DNA from: Flavisolibacter sp.
GTDB lineage: Bacteria > Bacteroidota > Bacteroidia > Chitinophagales > Chitinophagaceae
Direction: 5' to 3'
DNA: 64,000 nucleotides
Assembly (NCBI GenBank): GCA_965247165.1
Contig: OZ252003.1
Span: 466,195 to 530,194, forward strand
The notes under the pieces were generated by a model. That model searched no databases, was not told the DNA's origin, and was given only the letters and a program-made list of their open reading frames with translations. The translations under genes were made by a program, and so were the position numbers. Positions 48,675 to 58,855 of the stretch are shown piece by piece; the first letter of the stretch is position 1, and each line of letters opens with the position of its first letter.

Positions 48675-51362
48675 TTACGCTCTTCCGCTATTCTTTATAT
48701 AGTCTTTCAATTCATTATTAAAAGCCGTTTCTTTTATCAGTTGTTCCAATGAAATGTGCATACGATAGTTCCAATAATGTTGCGGATTAGCCGGGTTGTT
48801 GATGCGTTCTTCAGCGGGGTTTTGGCGGCGCAGGGTTTCACTCATGCCCAATATATCCTGGAGCTGAAAAATGCTCCACATAGCTGGTGAATATAAATGC
48901 TGCAACACAATAGCTCTGTTCACCCAGGCCTCGCAGAAGTAAGGCGCAGCGCCACTTTCATGCAATATGTTGTTGTAAAATCGTTGTGTTTTTTCACGGT
49001 TTTCTTCCCACCAGCCGCGTATGGTGCTCATGTCGTGTGTGGACGGAGTAACTACTGATAAGTAAGGAGCAGCGGCCGGATGAAAAAATTCTGTGGTTGG
49101 GTCTTTCGGCATACGCTGAACCTCTAAGCTTAAGATGCCTAATGCCTTCATTACACCCGGCACGGTATGCGGTACCATTCCCAGGTCTTCACCACAAACC
49201 AGCATGTTAGTAGCTTCTTTTAATGCGGGTAATTTTTTCATGGCTTCGCCCTTCCAAAAGCCATCCTGGCGCTGATAAAAGTAGTTCACATACAACTCTC
49301 TCAACTTATACTTTGTGCCTTCATCCAACTGCTGAAACGAGGAAGTGGCTTCCATAGAAATACGGAAATGAAACTTCGTTTTATCCGAGCCATCTTCCTC
49401 TAATAAAATCACATTGGCAATTAAATCAAACAGCCCTTGCTTCGATCTGGAGTTGTCGTCATTTGCTTCCTGCGATGAAAAATAGTGATCAACTTTTCGT
49501 TGCGTATTAAATGCTTCCCGTAGATCATAACCACCCCGGTCGTTCGTTTGAAGAAAGGTTTCTTTTACAAATTGTGCTTGTCCGTTGAAGGTTTGATACA
49601 ATATTGCATCGTTGATAAAAGGCTTGCAGTACCGGTGATAGTCAAACCAAAGTCCACGTTCGCCAAACTCCTGAATAGATACAGGCAAAGCCGGGATAAA
49701 GCGGCCCAGTATGCCTTCTATGCTATCCATCGGTACACTCCAGATGCGGAAGAAGCCAAGAATATGATCAATACGAAAGGCATCGAAGTAATTGCTCATT
49801 TGCTGAAAGCGCTGCTTCCACCATTCAAAATGATCTTCACTCATCTTTTGCCAGTTGTACGTAGGAAAGCCCCAGTTCTGGCCCTTCACGGCAAAATCAT
49901 CGGGAGGTGCGCCAGCCTGCATGTTCATGTTGTATAACTGTGGCGCTGTCCACGCATCGGCCCCATTACGATAGATGCCTATGGGAATATCCCCTTTAAT
50001 GGCCATGCCGCGTTTGTGCGCATACTCTACTGCTTCTTTTAATTGAAGGTGCAAATGATATTGAACGAAATAATAAAACCCAAGCTGTTTGAAGGTTTTG
50101 TTTTTGGCTGAAGCCATTCGCTCTACCTCGCCGGCATTATATACCGAACTGGTTTTCCAGGTAGAGAAATCCGCCGTACCAAACTTATCACGGTTAACGC
50201 AGAACGCTGCATAAGGTACCAACCAGGTGCGGTTATCTTCAAAAAATTCTTTGTAGTCGGTCTGGTGAAGAAAGTGGCCTTCATCCATATCATATAACTC
50301 ATGCAGTACACTTGTTTTAAATGTAATTACCTGGTCGTAATCAATTTCGGACAAAGCATTTAGTTGCTTTTGTTTTTTGGCCAGGGCCTTAATGGTTTGA
50401 CTAAATTTTTTTCCCGCCACTTTTGCCAGATTGATGTAAACCGGATGCAAGGCAAAGGCGGATATAGCAGCATAAGGATAAGAATCTTTCCAGGTGGATG
50501 TGGCTGATGTATCGTTGACAGGAAGGAGTTGAATCAGCTTCAAACCGGCCTCTTTGGCCCAATCGGCCAGGCATTTTATATCTGAAAACTCACCAATACC
50601 GAACGAGGTTGCCGTGCGCAAACCGGCCACCGGAATAGCAATGCCGGCGCCCTTCCACTTTGTATTAGGCAATCTTACAAAAGCATCATGCACAACTGTT
50701 TTGCTGCCTTCCATCCCTTCGCTAAAAACGGTTCTGTTATCGCCGGATTCGTAACCTAAAAAGTCGTTAGTAGCTACATTTACCACTCCGTATTTATAAG
50801 AGGCCGGTACCTCATCTTGACCTAAGGTTAGTTCAGCCGTCCACCAATCACCCCTTTTCTGAAATACTACCGGCGTGGTTCGGTCCCAGGCGCCTAAACC
50901 GTCTGAACTACCCACCAAACAAACGGCTTCATCACCTGTAAGCAACGGTGCTTTTACTTTAAACTGGTGTGTAAATGCTTCTTCTTTTTTTGGTTTGCTC
51001 CTTTTACCTTCCTTCAAAAAAACTTCTTTAAACGGAGCCGTATAAAAAGCGTTTTCGTAGAAGCTTTCGTCGTTCCAGCTATCAATTAAAACAAGATCGC
51101 TATCCAGTTTTTTTACATTGATCTTGCGGCCTTTTTCTCCTTCCCGCACCACCTCACCTTGTTCGTTTAGAAAAAGATAGTGGTAATGCAAAGCCTCGTC
51201 GGCGTCGGTAATTTCTATGGCGCCATACCAAAATTCATGATTCAAAAAAGTAAGTGGTAATGCCTCATCAATTTCTCCCCCGCCAAGTGCCGGATGATCG
51301 CCGCTAACAAAAATGGATTGGCCGGGAACGGTACTGAACCGTAGATAAAATTCAATTTTCAT
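48675..51362 (-). CDS. malQ: 4-alpha-glucanotransferase (GH77) with two N-terminal CBM20-like domains
   Basis: LGGGEIDEALPL / LGAWD CBM20-like regions, IQLLPVNDT, KGDIPIG, FRIDHILGFFRIW, CGEDLG and STHDMS. Confidence 0.93.
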   Translation of the reverse strand: MKIEFYLRFSTVPGQSIFVSGDHPALGGGEIDEALPLTFLNHEFWYGAIEITDADEALHYHYLFLNEQGEVVREGEKGRKINVKKLDSDLVLIDSWNDESFYENAFYTAPFKEVFLKEGKRSKPKKEEAFTHQFKVKAPLLTGDEAVCLVGSSDGLGAWDRTTPVVFQKRGDWWTAELTLGQDEVPASYKYGVVNVATNDFLGYESGDNRTVFSEGMEGSKTVVHDAFVRLPNTKWKGAGIAIPVAGLRTATSFGIGEFSDIKCLADWAKEAGLKLIQLLPVNDTSATSTWKDSYPYAAISAFALHPVYINLAKVAGKKFSQTIKALAKKQKQLNALSEIDYDQVITFKTSVLHELYDMDEGHFLHQTDYKEFFEDNRTWLVPYAAFCVNRDKFGTADFSTWKTSSVYNAGEVERMASAKNKTFKQLGFYYFVQYHLHLQLKEAVEYAHKRGMAIKGDIPIGIYRNGADAWTAPQLYNMNMQAGAPPDDFAVKGQNWGFPTYNWQKMSEDHFEWWKQRFQQMSNYFDAFRIDHILGFFRIWSVPMDSIEGILGRFIPALPVSIQEFGERGLWFDYHRYCKPFINDAILYQTFNGQAQFVKETFLQTNDRGGYDLREAFNTQRKVDHYFSSQEANDDNSRSKQGLFDLIANVILLEEDGSDKTKFHFRISMEATSSFQQLDEGTKYKLRELYVNYFYQRQDGFWKGEAMKKLPALKEATNMLVCGEDLGMVPHTVPGVMKALGILSLEVQRMPKDPTTEFFHPAAAPYLSVVTPSTHDMSTIRGWWEENREKTQRFYNNILHESGAAPYFCEAWVNRAIVLQHLYSPAMWSIFQLQDILGMSETLRRQNPAEERINNPANPQHYWNYRMHISLEQLIKETAFNNELKDYIKNSGRA

Positions 51363-51517
51363 TTATAAGTATTGCAGAAGTTTACGTGGATGTGTAGTTA
51401 TTACACGGCCGCGAAAATAAGAAAAGCTTTGAATGTGAGTGAAGTAAGAAAGGAAGGGCAAAAATTGTTGTTCACTGTTTTAGTGACGCACCTTATTTTT
51501 GCCGAAACTTTTTTAGC

Positions 51518-51673
51518 ATGGAAATGAAGAAAAGATCAACCGGACTTTATTGGATTTTATTCTTTGTGGCGCTGGCGCTGGCTGTATTTGCTATTGCTAC
51601 GCACTGGCCTTGGCTTACGTTGATCTTACCCTTTGTATTTACTTTTTTTGTTTTGGCGATGGATCTTGTTTAA
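51518..51673 (+). CDS. 51-aa two-helix small membrane protein (not in the ORF track)
   Basis: MEMKKRSTGLYWILFFVALALAVFAIATHWPWLTLILPFVFTFFVLAMDLV, with its own TATTTTTG promoter element and a downstream terminator. Confidence 0.7.
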   Translation: MEMKKRSTGLYWILFFVALALAVFAIATHWPWLTLILPFVFTFFVLAMDLV

Positions 51674-51729
51674 CCGCACGTTAAACAGATTACAAATTAA
51701 TTTTAAGGATGGTTTTAAAATAAACTGAG

Positions 51730-51758
51730 ATGCTGGCTTGCGGCCGGCATTTTTATTT
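51730..51758 (+). terminator. Rho-independent terminator of the small ORF
   Basis: ATGCTGGC-TTGCG-GCCGGCAT followed by a T-rich tail. Confidence 0.6.
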
Positions 51759-51782
51759 GTGACCGACAACTAACTTAAAAAT

Positions 51783-51808
51783 AAACCCACAACTTTCGCT
51801 GTGGGTTT
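51783..51808 (-). terminator. Terminator downstream of dnaK
   Basis: AAACCCACA-N8-TGTGGGTTT with an A-run on the plus strand (U-tract on the minus strand). Confidence 0.65.
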
Positions 51809-51829
51809 TATCTGTGCAACCGAAATAAT

Positions 51830-51848
51830 AATCTGTGTAATCTGTGAT
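51830..51848 (+). repeat. 9-bp tandem unit AATCTGTGT-AATCTGTGA(T)
   Basis: Direct reading. A third unit, TATCTGTGC, is at 51809. Confidence 0.6.
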
Positions 51849-51849
51849 C

Positions 51850-53760
51850 TTACTTCACTTCTTCAAACTCCGCATCAGTCACATTCTCCGCACTGCCGGC
51901 CTGCTCACCTTGTGCTTGTCCAGCGCCGCTTTCAGCACCCGGTTGTTGAGGACCACCTTGAGTGGCCTTGTACATTTCTTCACTGGCGGCAGTCCATGCC
52001 GTGTTCAATTCAGTAACGGCTGCATCAATTTGAGTGATGTCCTGTGATTTATGCGCCTCTTTTAATTTATTATGTGCTGCTTCAATTACTGATTTTTTCT
52101 CCGCCGGAATTTTATCACCATACTCCTTTAATTGCTTCTCTGTTTGAAAGATCAGGCTATCGGCCTGGTTGATTTTTTCAACTTTTTCTTTTTCGGCTTT
52201 GTCTTTATCCGCATTCATGGCGGCCTCATTCTTCATCTTTTCAATCTCGTCTTTTGTTAAACCGCTACCGGCTTCGATACGTATCTTTTGTTCTTTGCCG
52301 GTGCCTTTGTCCTTAGCCGTTACATGCAGGATACCGTTGGCATCTATATCGAAAATTACTTCAACCTGCGGTACACCACGAGGGGCCGGCGGAATGCCAT
52401 CAAGGTTGAAAATGCCAAGGCTTTTATTATCCTTTGCCATACCACGTTCGCCTTGCAGCACTTGTATTTGCACGCCAGGCTGATTGTCGGCCGCAGTAGA
52501 AAACGTTTCTGATTTTTTTGTAGGAATGGTTGTATTTGATGGGATCAACGTCGTCATCACACCACCTAAGGTTTCAATACCAAGGCTTAGTGGTGTAACG
52601 TCTAACAATAAAACATCCTTTACTTCGCCGGTTAATACTGCTCCCTGAATAGCGGCGCCAATAGCCACCACTTCATCAGGATTTACGCTGCGGTTTAATT
52701 TTTTACCAAAGAATTTTTCAACAATCTCACCCACTTTTGGAATGCGGGTAGAACCGCCTACTAATATAATTTCATCAATCTGCGATGTTGTTAACCCGGC
52801 ATCTTTTAAAGCTGCTTCGCAAGGCTTTAAACAACGTTGAAACAAGCTATCAGATAACTGCTCAAACTTAGCACGGGTAAGTTTTTTTACCAAGTGCTTG
52901 GGCACACCATCAATAGCCGTTACATAAGGAAGATTAATCTCCGTTTCTGAAGAAGACGACAATTCCACTTTTGCTTTTTCAGCCGCTTCTTTTAGGCGCT
53001 GTAAGGCCATCGGGTCTTTGCGAAGGTCAACGTTCTCATCTTTTTTAAATTCTTCCGCTAACCAATCCATAATGAGTTTATCAAAGTCATCACCACCCAA
53101 ATGGGTATCACCATTGGTTGATTTTACTTCAAAAACACCATCGCCCAATTCCAATATTGAAATATCGAACGTACCACCACCCAAATCAAACACTGCCACA
53201 TGATGGTCTTTACCACCTTTGTCTAAACCATAGGCAAGTGCCGCCGCCGTAGGCTCGTTTACTATACGGCGAACATTTAAACCGGCAATTTCGCCCGCCT
53301 CTTTTGTTGCTTGTCGCTGTGCATCATTGAAGTAAGCAGGCACCGTAATCACTGCATCGGTCACTTCCTGACCCAGGTAATCTTCAGCCGTTTTTTTCAT
53401 TTTCTGCAATACCATCGCCGAGATTTCCTGCGGGGTGTAAAGCCTGCCATCAATATCAATCCGAACGGTATTATTGTCACCCTTTGCTACTTTATAACTC
53501 CAATGGCTGATCTCATCAGTCACCTCATCAAACCGGCGGCCCATAAAACGTTTAACACTTGAAATTGTATTCTGCGGATTTGTAATAGCCTGGCGTTTGG
53601 CAGGGTCGCCTATTTTGCGTTCGCCATTTTTCAAAAAGGCAACTACAGAAGGCGTTGTGCGGCGGCCTTCGTCGTTTGCTATCACTACTGGTTCGCTGCC
53701 TTCCATTACAGAAACACAACTATTGGTTGTACCTAAGTCAATACCAATTATTTTTCCCAT
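51850..53760 (-). CDS. dnaK: Chaperone DnaK (Hsp70)
   Basis: [34 protein letters not shown] and C-terminal DAEFEEV. Confidence 0.99.
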   Translation of the reverse strand: MGKIIGIDLGTTNSCVSVMEGSEPVVIANDEGRRTTPSVVAFLKNGERKIGDPAKRQAITNPQNTISSVKRFMGRRFDEVTDEISHWSYKVAKGDNNTVRIDIDGRLYTPQEISAMVLQKMKKTAEDYLGQEVTDAVITVPAYFNDAQRQATKEAGEIAGLNVRRIVNEPTAAALAYGLDKGGKDHHVAVFDLGGGTFDISILELGDGVFEVKSTNGDTHLGGDDFDKLIMDWLAEEFKKDENVDLRKDPMALQRLKEAAEKAKVELSSSSETEINLPYVTAIDGVPKHLVKKLTRAKFEQLSDSLFQRCLKPCEAALKDAGLTTSQIDEIILVGGSTRIPKVGEIVEKFFGKKLNRSVNPDEVVAIGAAIQGAVLTGEVKDVLLLDVTPLSLGIETLGGVMTTLIPSNTTIPTKKSETFSTAADNQPGVQIQVLQGERGMAKDNKSLGIFNLDGIPPAPRGVPQVEVIFDIDANGILHVTAKDKGTGKEQKIRIEAGSGLTKDEIEKMKNEAAMNADKDKAEKEKVEKINQADSLIFQTEKQLKEYGDKIPAEKKSVIEAAHNKLKEAHKSQDITQIDAAVTELNTAWTAASEEMYKATQGGPQQPGAESGAGQAQGEQAGSAENVTDAEFEEVK

Positions 53761-53794
53761 TTTATTACTGAATTTAAAAGTTCTCTATTGGTTA

Positions 53795-53834
53795 TCAATG
53801 ATTATGCCGCGAGGATAAAGGTGAAATTTTGACA
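53795..53834 (-). promoter_or_regulatory. sigma54-like -24/-12 element plus upstream box in front of dnaK
   Basis: Minus strand reads TGTCAAAATTTCA-N11-GCGGCATAATCATTGA. Confidence 0.55.
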
Positions 53835-54023
53835 GGAAAGAGAAAGGGTTTGGAGTTTGGGGGGTTGAGGTTTGGGTTGTTTAGATGGAAGTTTTGTAAT
53901 TGATTGTTCGCCTACTTTAATTGGTGTTTTCTTTTGGAACCGGCGAATGTACTTTTATTCATCATGTGTAGAGTCTATGCTGAGCATAGGCGAAGGATAT
54001 GACTATTAGTACACTTTGCAATT

Positions 54024-54734
54024 TTATTTATCCCTGTTAATATCCATCACTGTTTCCTCAAACCGCTCTGTAATTTCTTCGGGATGTTGCATTTGATTTT
54101 CAACATCTTTCTTCTTCGCCATCTTCCAGATTTGCAGGCACCCCGTAACGGTAAAAATGCCACCAATCACATAATACAAAACATCCTGATTGTTGCTGAT
54201 CTTATCGGCAATTAATCGTCCGCCAAAAATAAAAATCAGCAGTGCAGTAAAAAAGCCAACCGACGCTCCGGACACAAAAAGATGGTAGTGTTTCCATCGT
54301 GGCTGCAATATTTTCTTTGTAAATAAAACAGTGCTCCAGCCAAACCAAAAAGGAATTTGCAAAGGGTTTAGTCCATTTAAAAACAGGCCCAGTAAAAAAC
54401 GCGGTAACGAATTACTCAACAGCACATTTTTATGAACAGACGGATGTATAGCTGCATAAAAATTGGAAGCCGCTAAAGAAAAAACAATCAGCAGCGTAAG
54501 CCACTCCAATGCTTTGAAAAGGGCCTTTTGTTTTTGTATCCATTGCATAGCGAGCAAGGTGAGATAGATGTAAAAAACGTCGGCTACTATTAATCCTGCG
54601 GAGAATACCAACGCTGCTTCCAGTCCATCGGAGATAGCAATTTGCATGGCCGCCAGGTTTTGCGTACCCAACGGCAAAGCACCTAAAAAGCTTACAAAAA
54701 TGCCGGTAACAAAAATGCGCAGGAGCTTTAGCAT
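54024..54734 (-). CDS. LysE-family translocator
   Basis: SFLGALPLGTQN, FLLGLFLNGLNPLQIPFW and multiple TM segments. Start ATG 54734. Confidence 0.8.
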   Translation of the reverse strand: MLKLLRIFVTGIFVSFLGALPLGTQNLAAMQIAISDGLEAALVFSAGLIVADVFYIYLTLLAMQWIQKQKALFKALEWLTLLIVFSLAASNFYAAIHPSVHKNVLLSNSLPRFLLGLFLNGLNPLQIPFWFGWSTVLFTKKILQPRWKHYHLFVSGASVGFFTALLIFIFGGRLIADKISNNQDVLYYVIGGIFTVTGCLQIWKMAKKKDVENQMQHPEEITERFEETVMDINRDK

Positions 54735-54742
54735 ACAATTAA

Positions 54743-55798
54743 TCAGATGAGTATTTCCCGGTCTAATTTTTCCAATAACTGGCCATGTTTGCGGGCCTGC
54801 GCCAGCCAACGATTCCCTTGCCTGTTGCCCCAGTAAGGTATGCCTTTGTACAAATGATTATACTTTCCAATCTGGTATAAAACTTTCCAGTGCAGGGCAA
54901 ATTCTTTCAATGCAGTTACCCATGAAGCGTTACAATTATATACATGATTAGGTTCCGCTCCTGCCCCATTAAATTCAAGAATGATAAACTTACCCTCCTT
55001 TAGTTCTTCAATGCTGTTGCATTTAATATCATAACGGCCGTAGTACCATTGGCAACGATGGCTTAATGGATCGAAATGTGACAACAATTGTTCATCAATA
55101 AGGCTTTTTAAATTAGTAAAACGGGCACCCCTATTGAGGTTAGCCGCATGGGTAAGAATATATTTTTGATTTGCCGGAATAATTTCATTTAAGAAGGCTT
55201 CGTGTTTAATGCGCATTTCTTCTAACCGGTGGGCCGCTTTTGGATGTTGAAGAATTAAATTCCACAAGCTGGTTTCACCATCGCCAATTACGTGCATCAT
55301 ATCCTTTTGTATAAAGCCGCTGATCACTCCTTTTTCCTTATCGGGATGACGATAATAAAACACACTTACTTCCAGCGGCGCTTCAACCATCTCCTGCACT
55401 ACATAATCCAAGGGAACGCCTTGATGGTAAACCTGTAACTTTTGTTCACTATCTACTTTGCGGAACAACAACCCTTTTAACCCCACCTGCGGCTTTACAC
55501 AAATGGGGTAGCTGAACCCTTTTTGTTCAACTGAAGCCTTCACTTCGGTAAAGCTCATTTGCGGCGTTACATAAATAGTTTTTGGATAACTGCCTTCAGG
55601 TAATTGATCATACATTTCTTTCTTGCCCTCGCCTTCAAAGCCGGCAAAAGTTAATGTAGGATTAGCCGGTGTAAACCACCAGAAGGCTTTTGCTTTGGCC
55701 GCATACCAAAGCCACAAGGGGCCGATAGGTGCATAGATTAAGTTAAAAGGCCACAGTTCCCAGTTGGTTAATCTTTCACGAAGTCGTTTCCAATTCAT
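54743..55798 (-). CDS. Orphan ATP-grasp-like protein
   Basis: YPICVKPQVGLKG, VVQEMV..EVSVFY, GRYDIK and ILEFNGAGAEP. Start ATG 55798. Confidence 0.7.
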   Translation of the reverse strand: MNWKRLRERLTNWELWPFNLIYAPIGPLWLWYAAKAKAFWWFTPANPTLTFAGFEGEGKKEMYDQLPEGSYPKTIYVTPQMSFTEVKASVEQKGFSYPICVKPQVGLKGLLFRKVDSEQKLQVYHQGVPLDYVVQEMVEAPLEVSVFYYRHPDKEKGVISGFIQKDMMHVIGDGETSLWNLILQHPKAAHRLEEMRIKHEAFLNEIIPANQKYILTHAANLNRGARFTNLKSLIDEQLLSHFDPLSHRCQWYYGRYDIKCNSIEELKEGKFIILEFNGAGAEPNHVYNCNASWVTALKEFALHWKVLYQIGKYNHLYKGIPYWGNRQGNRWLAQARKHGQLLEKLDREILI

Positions 55799-55886
55799 AG
55801 TAAGCAGACAAAAATAGCCAATCAAGTAATAGCCTTGCGTTACAAAGGCTTCGTAGCTTACTTTTGACGGCATTAAAGATTCCACT

Positions 55887-56672
55887 ATGCATGTTCCTCA
55901 AATGGCTGAAATGATGGCGAATGGCGAAGCACCGGAAATTTTGTTTTGGGTTGGGTGTTCCGGTTCTTTCGATCAAAGGGCGCAAAAAGTAACCAAGGCT
56001 TTTGCTACCATATTAAACCATGTAGGAATTAAATATGCCATCCTGGGCAAGGAGGAAATGTGTACCGGCGACCCGGCCAGGCGTGCCGGTAACGAATTTT
56101 TATTTCAAATGATGGCTTATCAAAATATTCAAACCCTGAATACCTATGGCATAAAAAAAATCGTCACTATCTGCCCGCATTGCTTCAATATTTTTAAAAA
56201 CGAATACCCTGAATTAGGTGGTAATTATGAAGTAATCCATCACAGCACTTTTCTGCAAAATTTAATAGACGAAGGGCGCATCAAGTTAACGGATGCTACC
56301 GTTTTTAAAGGAAAGAAAATCACGTACCATGATAGCTGTTACCTGGGCCGCGGCAACGGCATTTATGAGGCGCCGCGCAAAGTATTAGAAGCGTTGGATG
56401 CGGAGTTAATTGAAATGAAGCGATGTAAAAAGAACGGCCTTTGCTGCGGGGCCGGTGGCGGTCAAATGTTCAAGGAAGAAGAAAAGGGCCGTACCAGAAT
56501 TAACCTGGAACGCAGTGCTGAAGCCATTTCCACGGGTGCTGAAATTGTAGCCGCGGCTTGTCCGTTTTGTAATACCATGTTAACCGATGGTGTAAAGGCA
56601 GCCGAGAAAGAAGATAGTGTAAAAGTGATGGACGTAGCGGAATTGATAGCCCAATGTATAACAGTAAGCTGA
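55887..56672 (+). CDS. CCG-domain (Fe-S)-binding protein (GlpC/HdrB-like)
   Basis: WVGCSG, CTGD, CPHC, YHDSCYLGR, CCGAGGG and ACPFC. Confidence 0.88.
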   Translation: MHVPQMAEMMANGEAPEILFWVGCSGSFDQRAQKVTKAFATILNHVGIKYAILGKEEMCTGDPARRAGNEFLFQMMAYQNIQTLNTYGIKKIVTICPHCFNIFKNEYPELGGNYEVIHHSTFLQNLIDEGRIKLTDATVFKGKKITYHDSCYLGRGNGIYEAPRKVLEALDAELIEMKRCKKNGLCCGAGGGQMFKEEEKGRTRINLERSAEAISTGAEIVAAACPFCNTMLTDGVKAAEKEDSVKVMDVAELIAQCITVS

Positions 56673-56745
56673 GTATGTTTTGGAGGTAATATTGCACTGC
56701 ATCTCTATACGTGTTGTAATATTTTCGATTTATAGTTGATAGGCG

Positions 56746-58764
56746 TTACTTCAACACAATTCCCGCCAGCGGCGGCAAATCCACCACCAGCCTGTATTTG
56801 ATTCCATCTTTATCGGTAGGTTTGCAACTTATCGTTTCATTTATATAATCCCCCGTACCCCAAAAATCTTTACTATCCGAATTAAAAATTTCTTCCCCAT
56901 ATTCCTTCTCCACCTCAATCTCCCAGCCTCTTTTCGGTATTGGATTTAGGTTGAGGATCACCAGCAAATCATCGCCTTCCTTCTTGCCGCTGCGCTTGTA
57001 AACAATCACACAATCATCTCTGTGATTTAAATTAATCCATTCAAAACCATATTGATTAAATCCATTTTCGTACAAAGCGGTTTGGCCTTTTAATAAACCA
57101 TTCAGCGCCTTTACACAAGCCTGCATTTTTCGATGGGGTTCAAACTCCAGCAGGTGCCATTGCAGTTCCGATTTATAATTCCACTCCGATGTTTGGGCTA
57201 TCTCGTTTCCCATGAAAAGCAGGCGGGCTCCGGGATGCGTCCACATGTAAGTGTACATAGCCCGCAGGTTGGCAAACTTCTGCCATTCATCGCCGGGCAT
57301 TTTGTACAGCATCGGACTTTTGCCATGTACCACTTCATCGTGGCTTAACGGCAGCATAAAGTTTTCATCATAGAAGTACATCATGCTGAACGAAAACTTA
57401 TTTTGATACGAGGGGCGAAAGAAAGGATCTACCTTAAAATAATCTAGTGTATCGTGCATCCATCCCATCATCCATTTCATACCAAAGCCAAGGCCATCGG
57501 CGAAGGTGGGCTTAGAGATACCCGGCCAATCAGTTGCTTCTTCCGCTATTGTTTGCACATCCGGAAAATCGCGGTAAATGGTTTCATTCAAATCTTTGAT
57601 AAAGGCGATGGCTTCGAGATTTCCGTTGCCGCCGTATTCATTGGGTTCCCACTCGCCTTCGTCTCGTGAATAATCCAGTTTTAAAATAGAAGAAACGGCA
57701 TCTACCCTAATGCCATCTATATGAAAAAGCGCAAACCAAAAGTGGGCGGAGGAGATTAAAAACGATTTAACCTCGCCTCGCTTGTAATTAAAAATGTACG
57801 AGTTCCAGTCGGGGTGAAAACCCTTGCGCATATCAGCATATTCGTAGGTATGCGTACCATCAAACATAAACAGGCCGTGGGCATCATACGGGAAATGCGA
57901 AGGCACCCAATCGAGTATTACGCCAATGCCGGCCTGGTGTAAACTGTCAATCAAATGCATTAACCCCTCCGGAGCGCCAAAGCGTGACGTAGCTGCAAAA
58001 AAGCCAGTGCATTGATAGCCCCAGCTACCATCAAACGGATGCTCCATCACCGGCATTAATTCCACATGTGTAAAGCCCAGGTCTTTTATATAAGGCACTA
58101 ATCGTTCGGTGATCTGCTCGTAGGTATTATAGCTTTCTTCATCGGCTGCATCAGGCCGCATCCAACTGGCTAAGTGTAATTCGTAAATGCTCCATGGGGC
58201 TTCTAAAGAATTGTGCTTTTTACGGCGCTGCATCCACTCCTCATCTTTCCAGGTGTAATCAAATTGCCAGGTGATGGTGGACGTGGCCGGACGCTTCTCC
58301 CAGTAGTTGGCTAACGGATCGCCTTTGACAGTAATACGGCCCTGAAAGCCGGTTATATGATATTTATACAGTTCGCCTTTTTGCATGTCCGGAATAAAGC
58401 CTTCCCAGATGCCGCTGTTATCCCACCGCGGTTGCAATTGATGTGAAGCCGCATCCCAATGATTAAAGTTTCCAACCACCGACACCTTTGTGGCATTAGG
58501 CGCCCAAACGCAGAAGTACCAGCCATTACGGCCTAAAACCTGTATTGGTTTGGAGCCAAATTTTTGGTATAACCGGTAGTTGGTTCCGGCCTGAAAGGTT
58601 TGTACATCATCATCGTAGAGGATAGAATAATTCCAGACGGTCTGGGTGGTGTCAACAAAATTTTTGTCTTCGTAACGTCCGGGTTTTACAGGTAATTCGG
58701 CAGGGCTTTTTACGGAAACTGAAGCATCGGTTTTCTCTGTGGATTTATCCTCTTCCTGCATCAT
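56746..58764 (-). CDS. glgB: 1,4-alpha-glucan branching enzyme
   Basis: VWAPNA, YELHLASW, SWGYQ, DWVPSHF, GIRVDAV, IAEE, WMMGWMHD and LPLSHDEVVHGK. Confidence 0.96.
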   Translation of the reverse strand: MMQEEDKSTEKTDASVSVKSPAELPVKPGRYEDKNFVDTTQTVWNYSILYDDDVQTFQAGTNYRLYQKFGSKPIQVLGRNGWYFCVWAPNATKVSVVGNFNHWDAASHQLQPRWDNSGIWEGFIPDMQKGELYKYHITGFQGRITVKGDPLANYWEKRPATSTITWQFDYTWKDEEWMQRRKKHNSLEAPWSIYELHLASWMRPDAADEESYNTYEQITERLVPYIKDLGFTHVELMPVMEHPFDGSWGYQCTGFFAATSRFGAPEGLMHLIDSLHQAGIGVILDWVPSHFPYDAHGLFMFDGTHTYEYADMRKGFHPDWNSYIFNYKRGEVKSFLISSAHFWFALFHIDGIRVDAVSSILKLDYSRDEGEWEPNEYGGNGNLEAIAFIKDLNETIYRDFPDVQTIAEEATDWPGISKPTFADGLGFGMKWMMGWMHDTLDYFKVDPFFRPSYQNKFSFSMMYFYDENFMLPLSHDEVVHGKSPMLYKMPGDEWQKFANLRAMYTYMWTHPGARLLFMGNEIAQTSEWNYKSELQWHLLEFEPHRKMQACVKALNGLLKGQTALYENGFNQYGFEWINLNHRDDCVIVYKRSGKKEGDDLLVILNLNPIPKRGWEIEVEKEYGEEIFNSDSKDFWGTGDYINETISCKPTDKDGIKYRLVVDLPPLAGIVLK

Positions 58765-58855
58765 AAAAAATAGTTTGCCGTTTAAGTAAAGTTAACAAGA
58801 CCAAAAGGTTTCGCTTCTTAAATTGTTGCACGAATTACCAACAAAACCAAGCCAC

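Noticed and set aside
51850-53760. dnaK without grpE/dnaJ
   Set aside because: A monocistronic dnaK is ordinary in Bacteroidota
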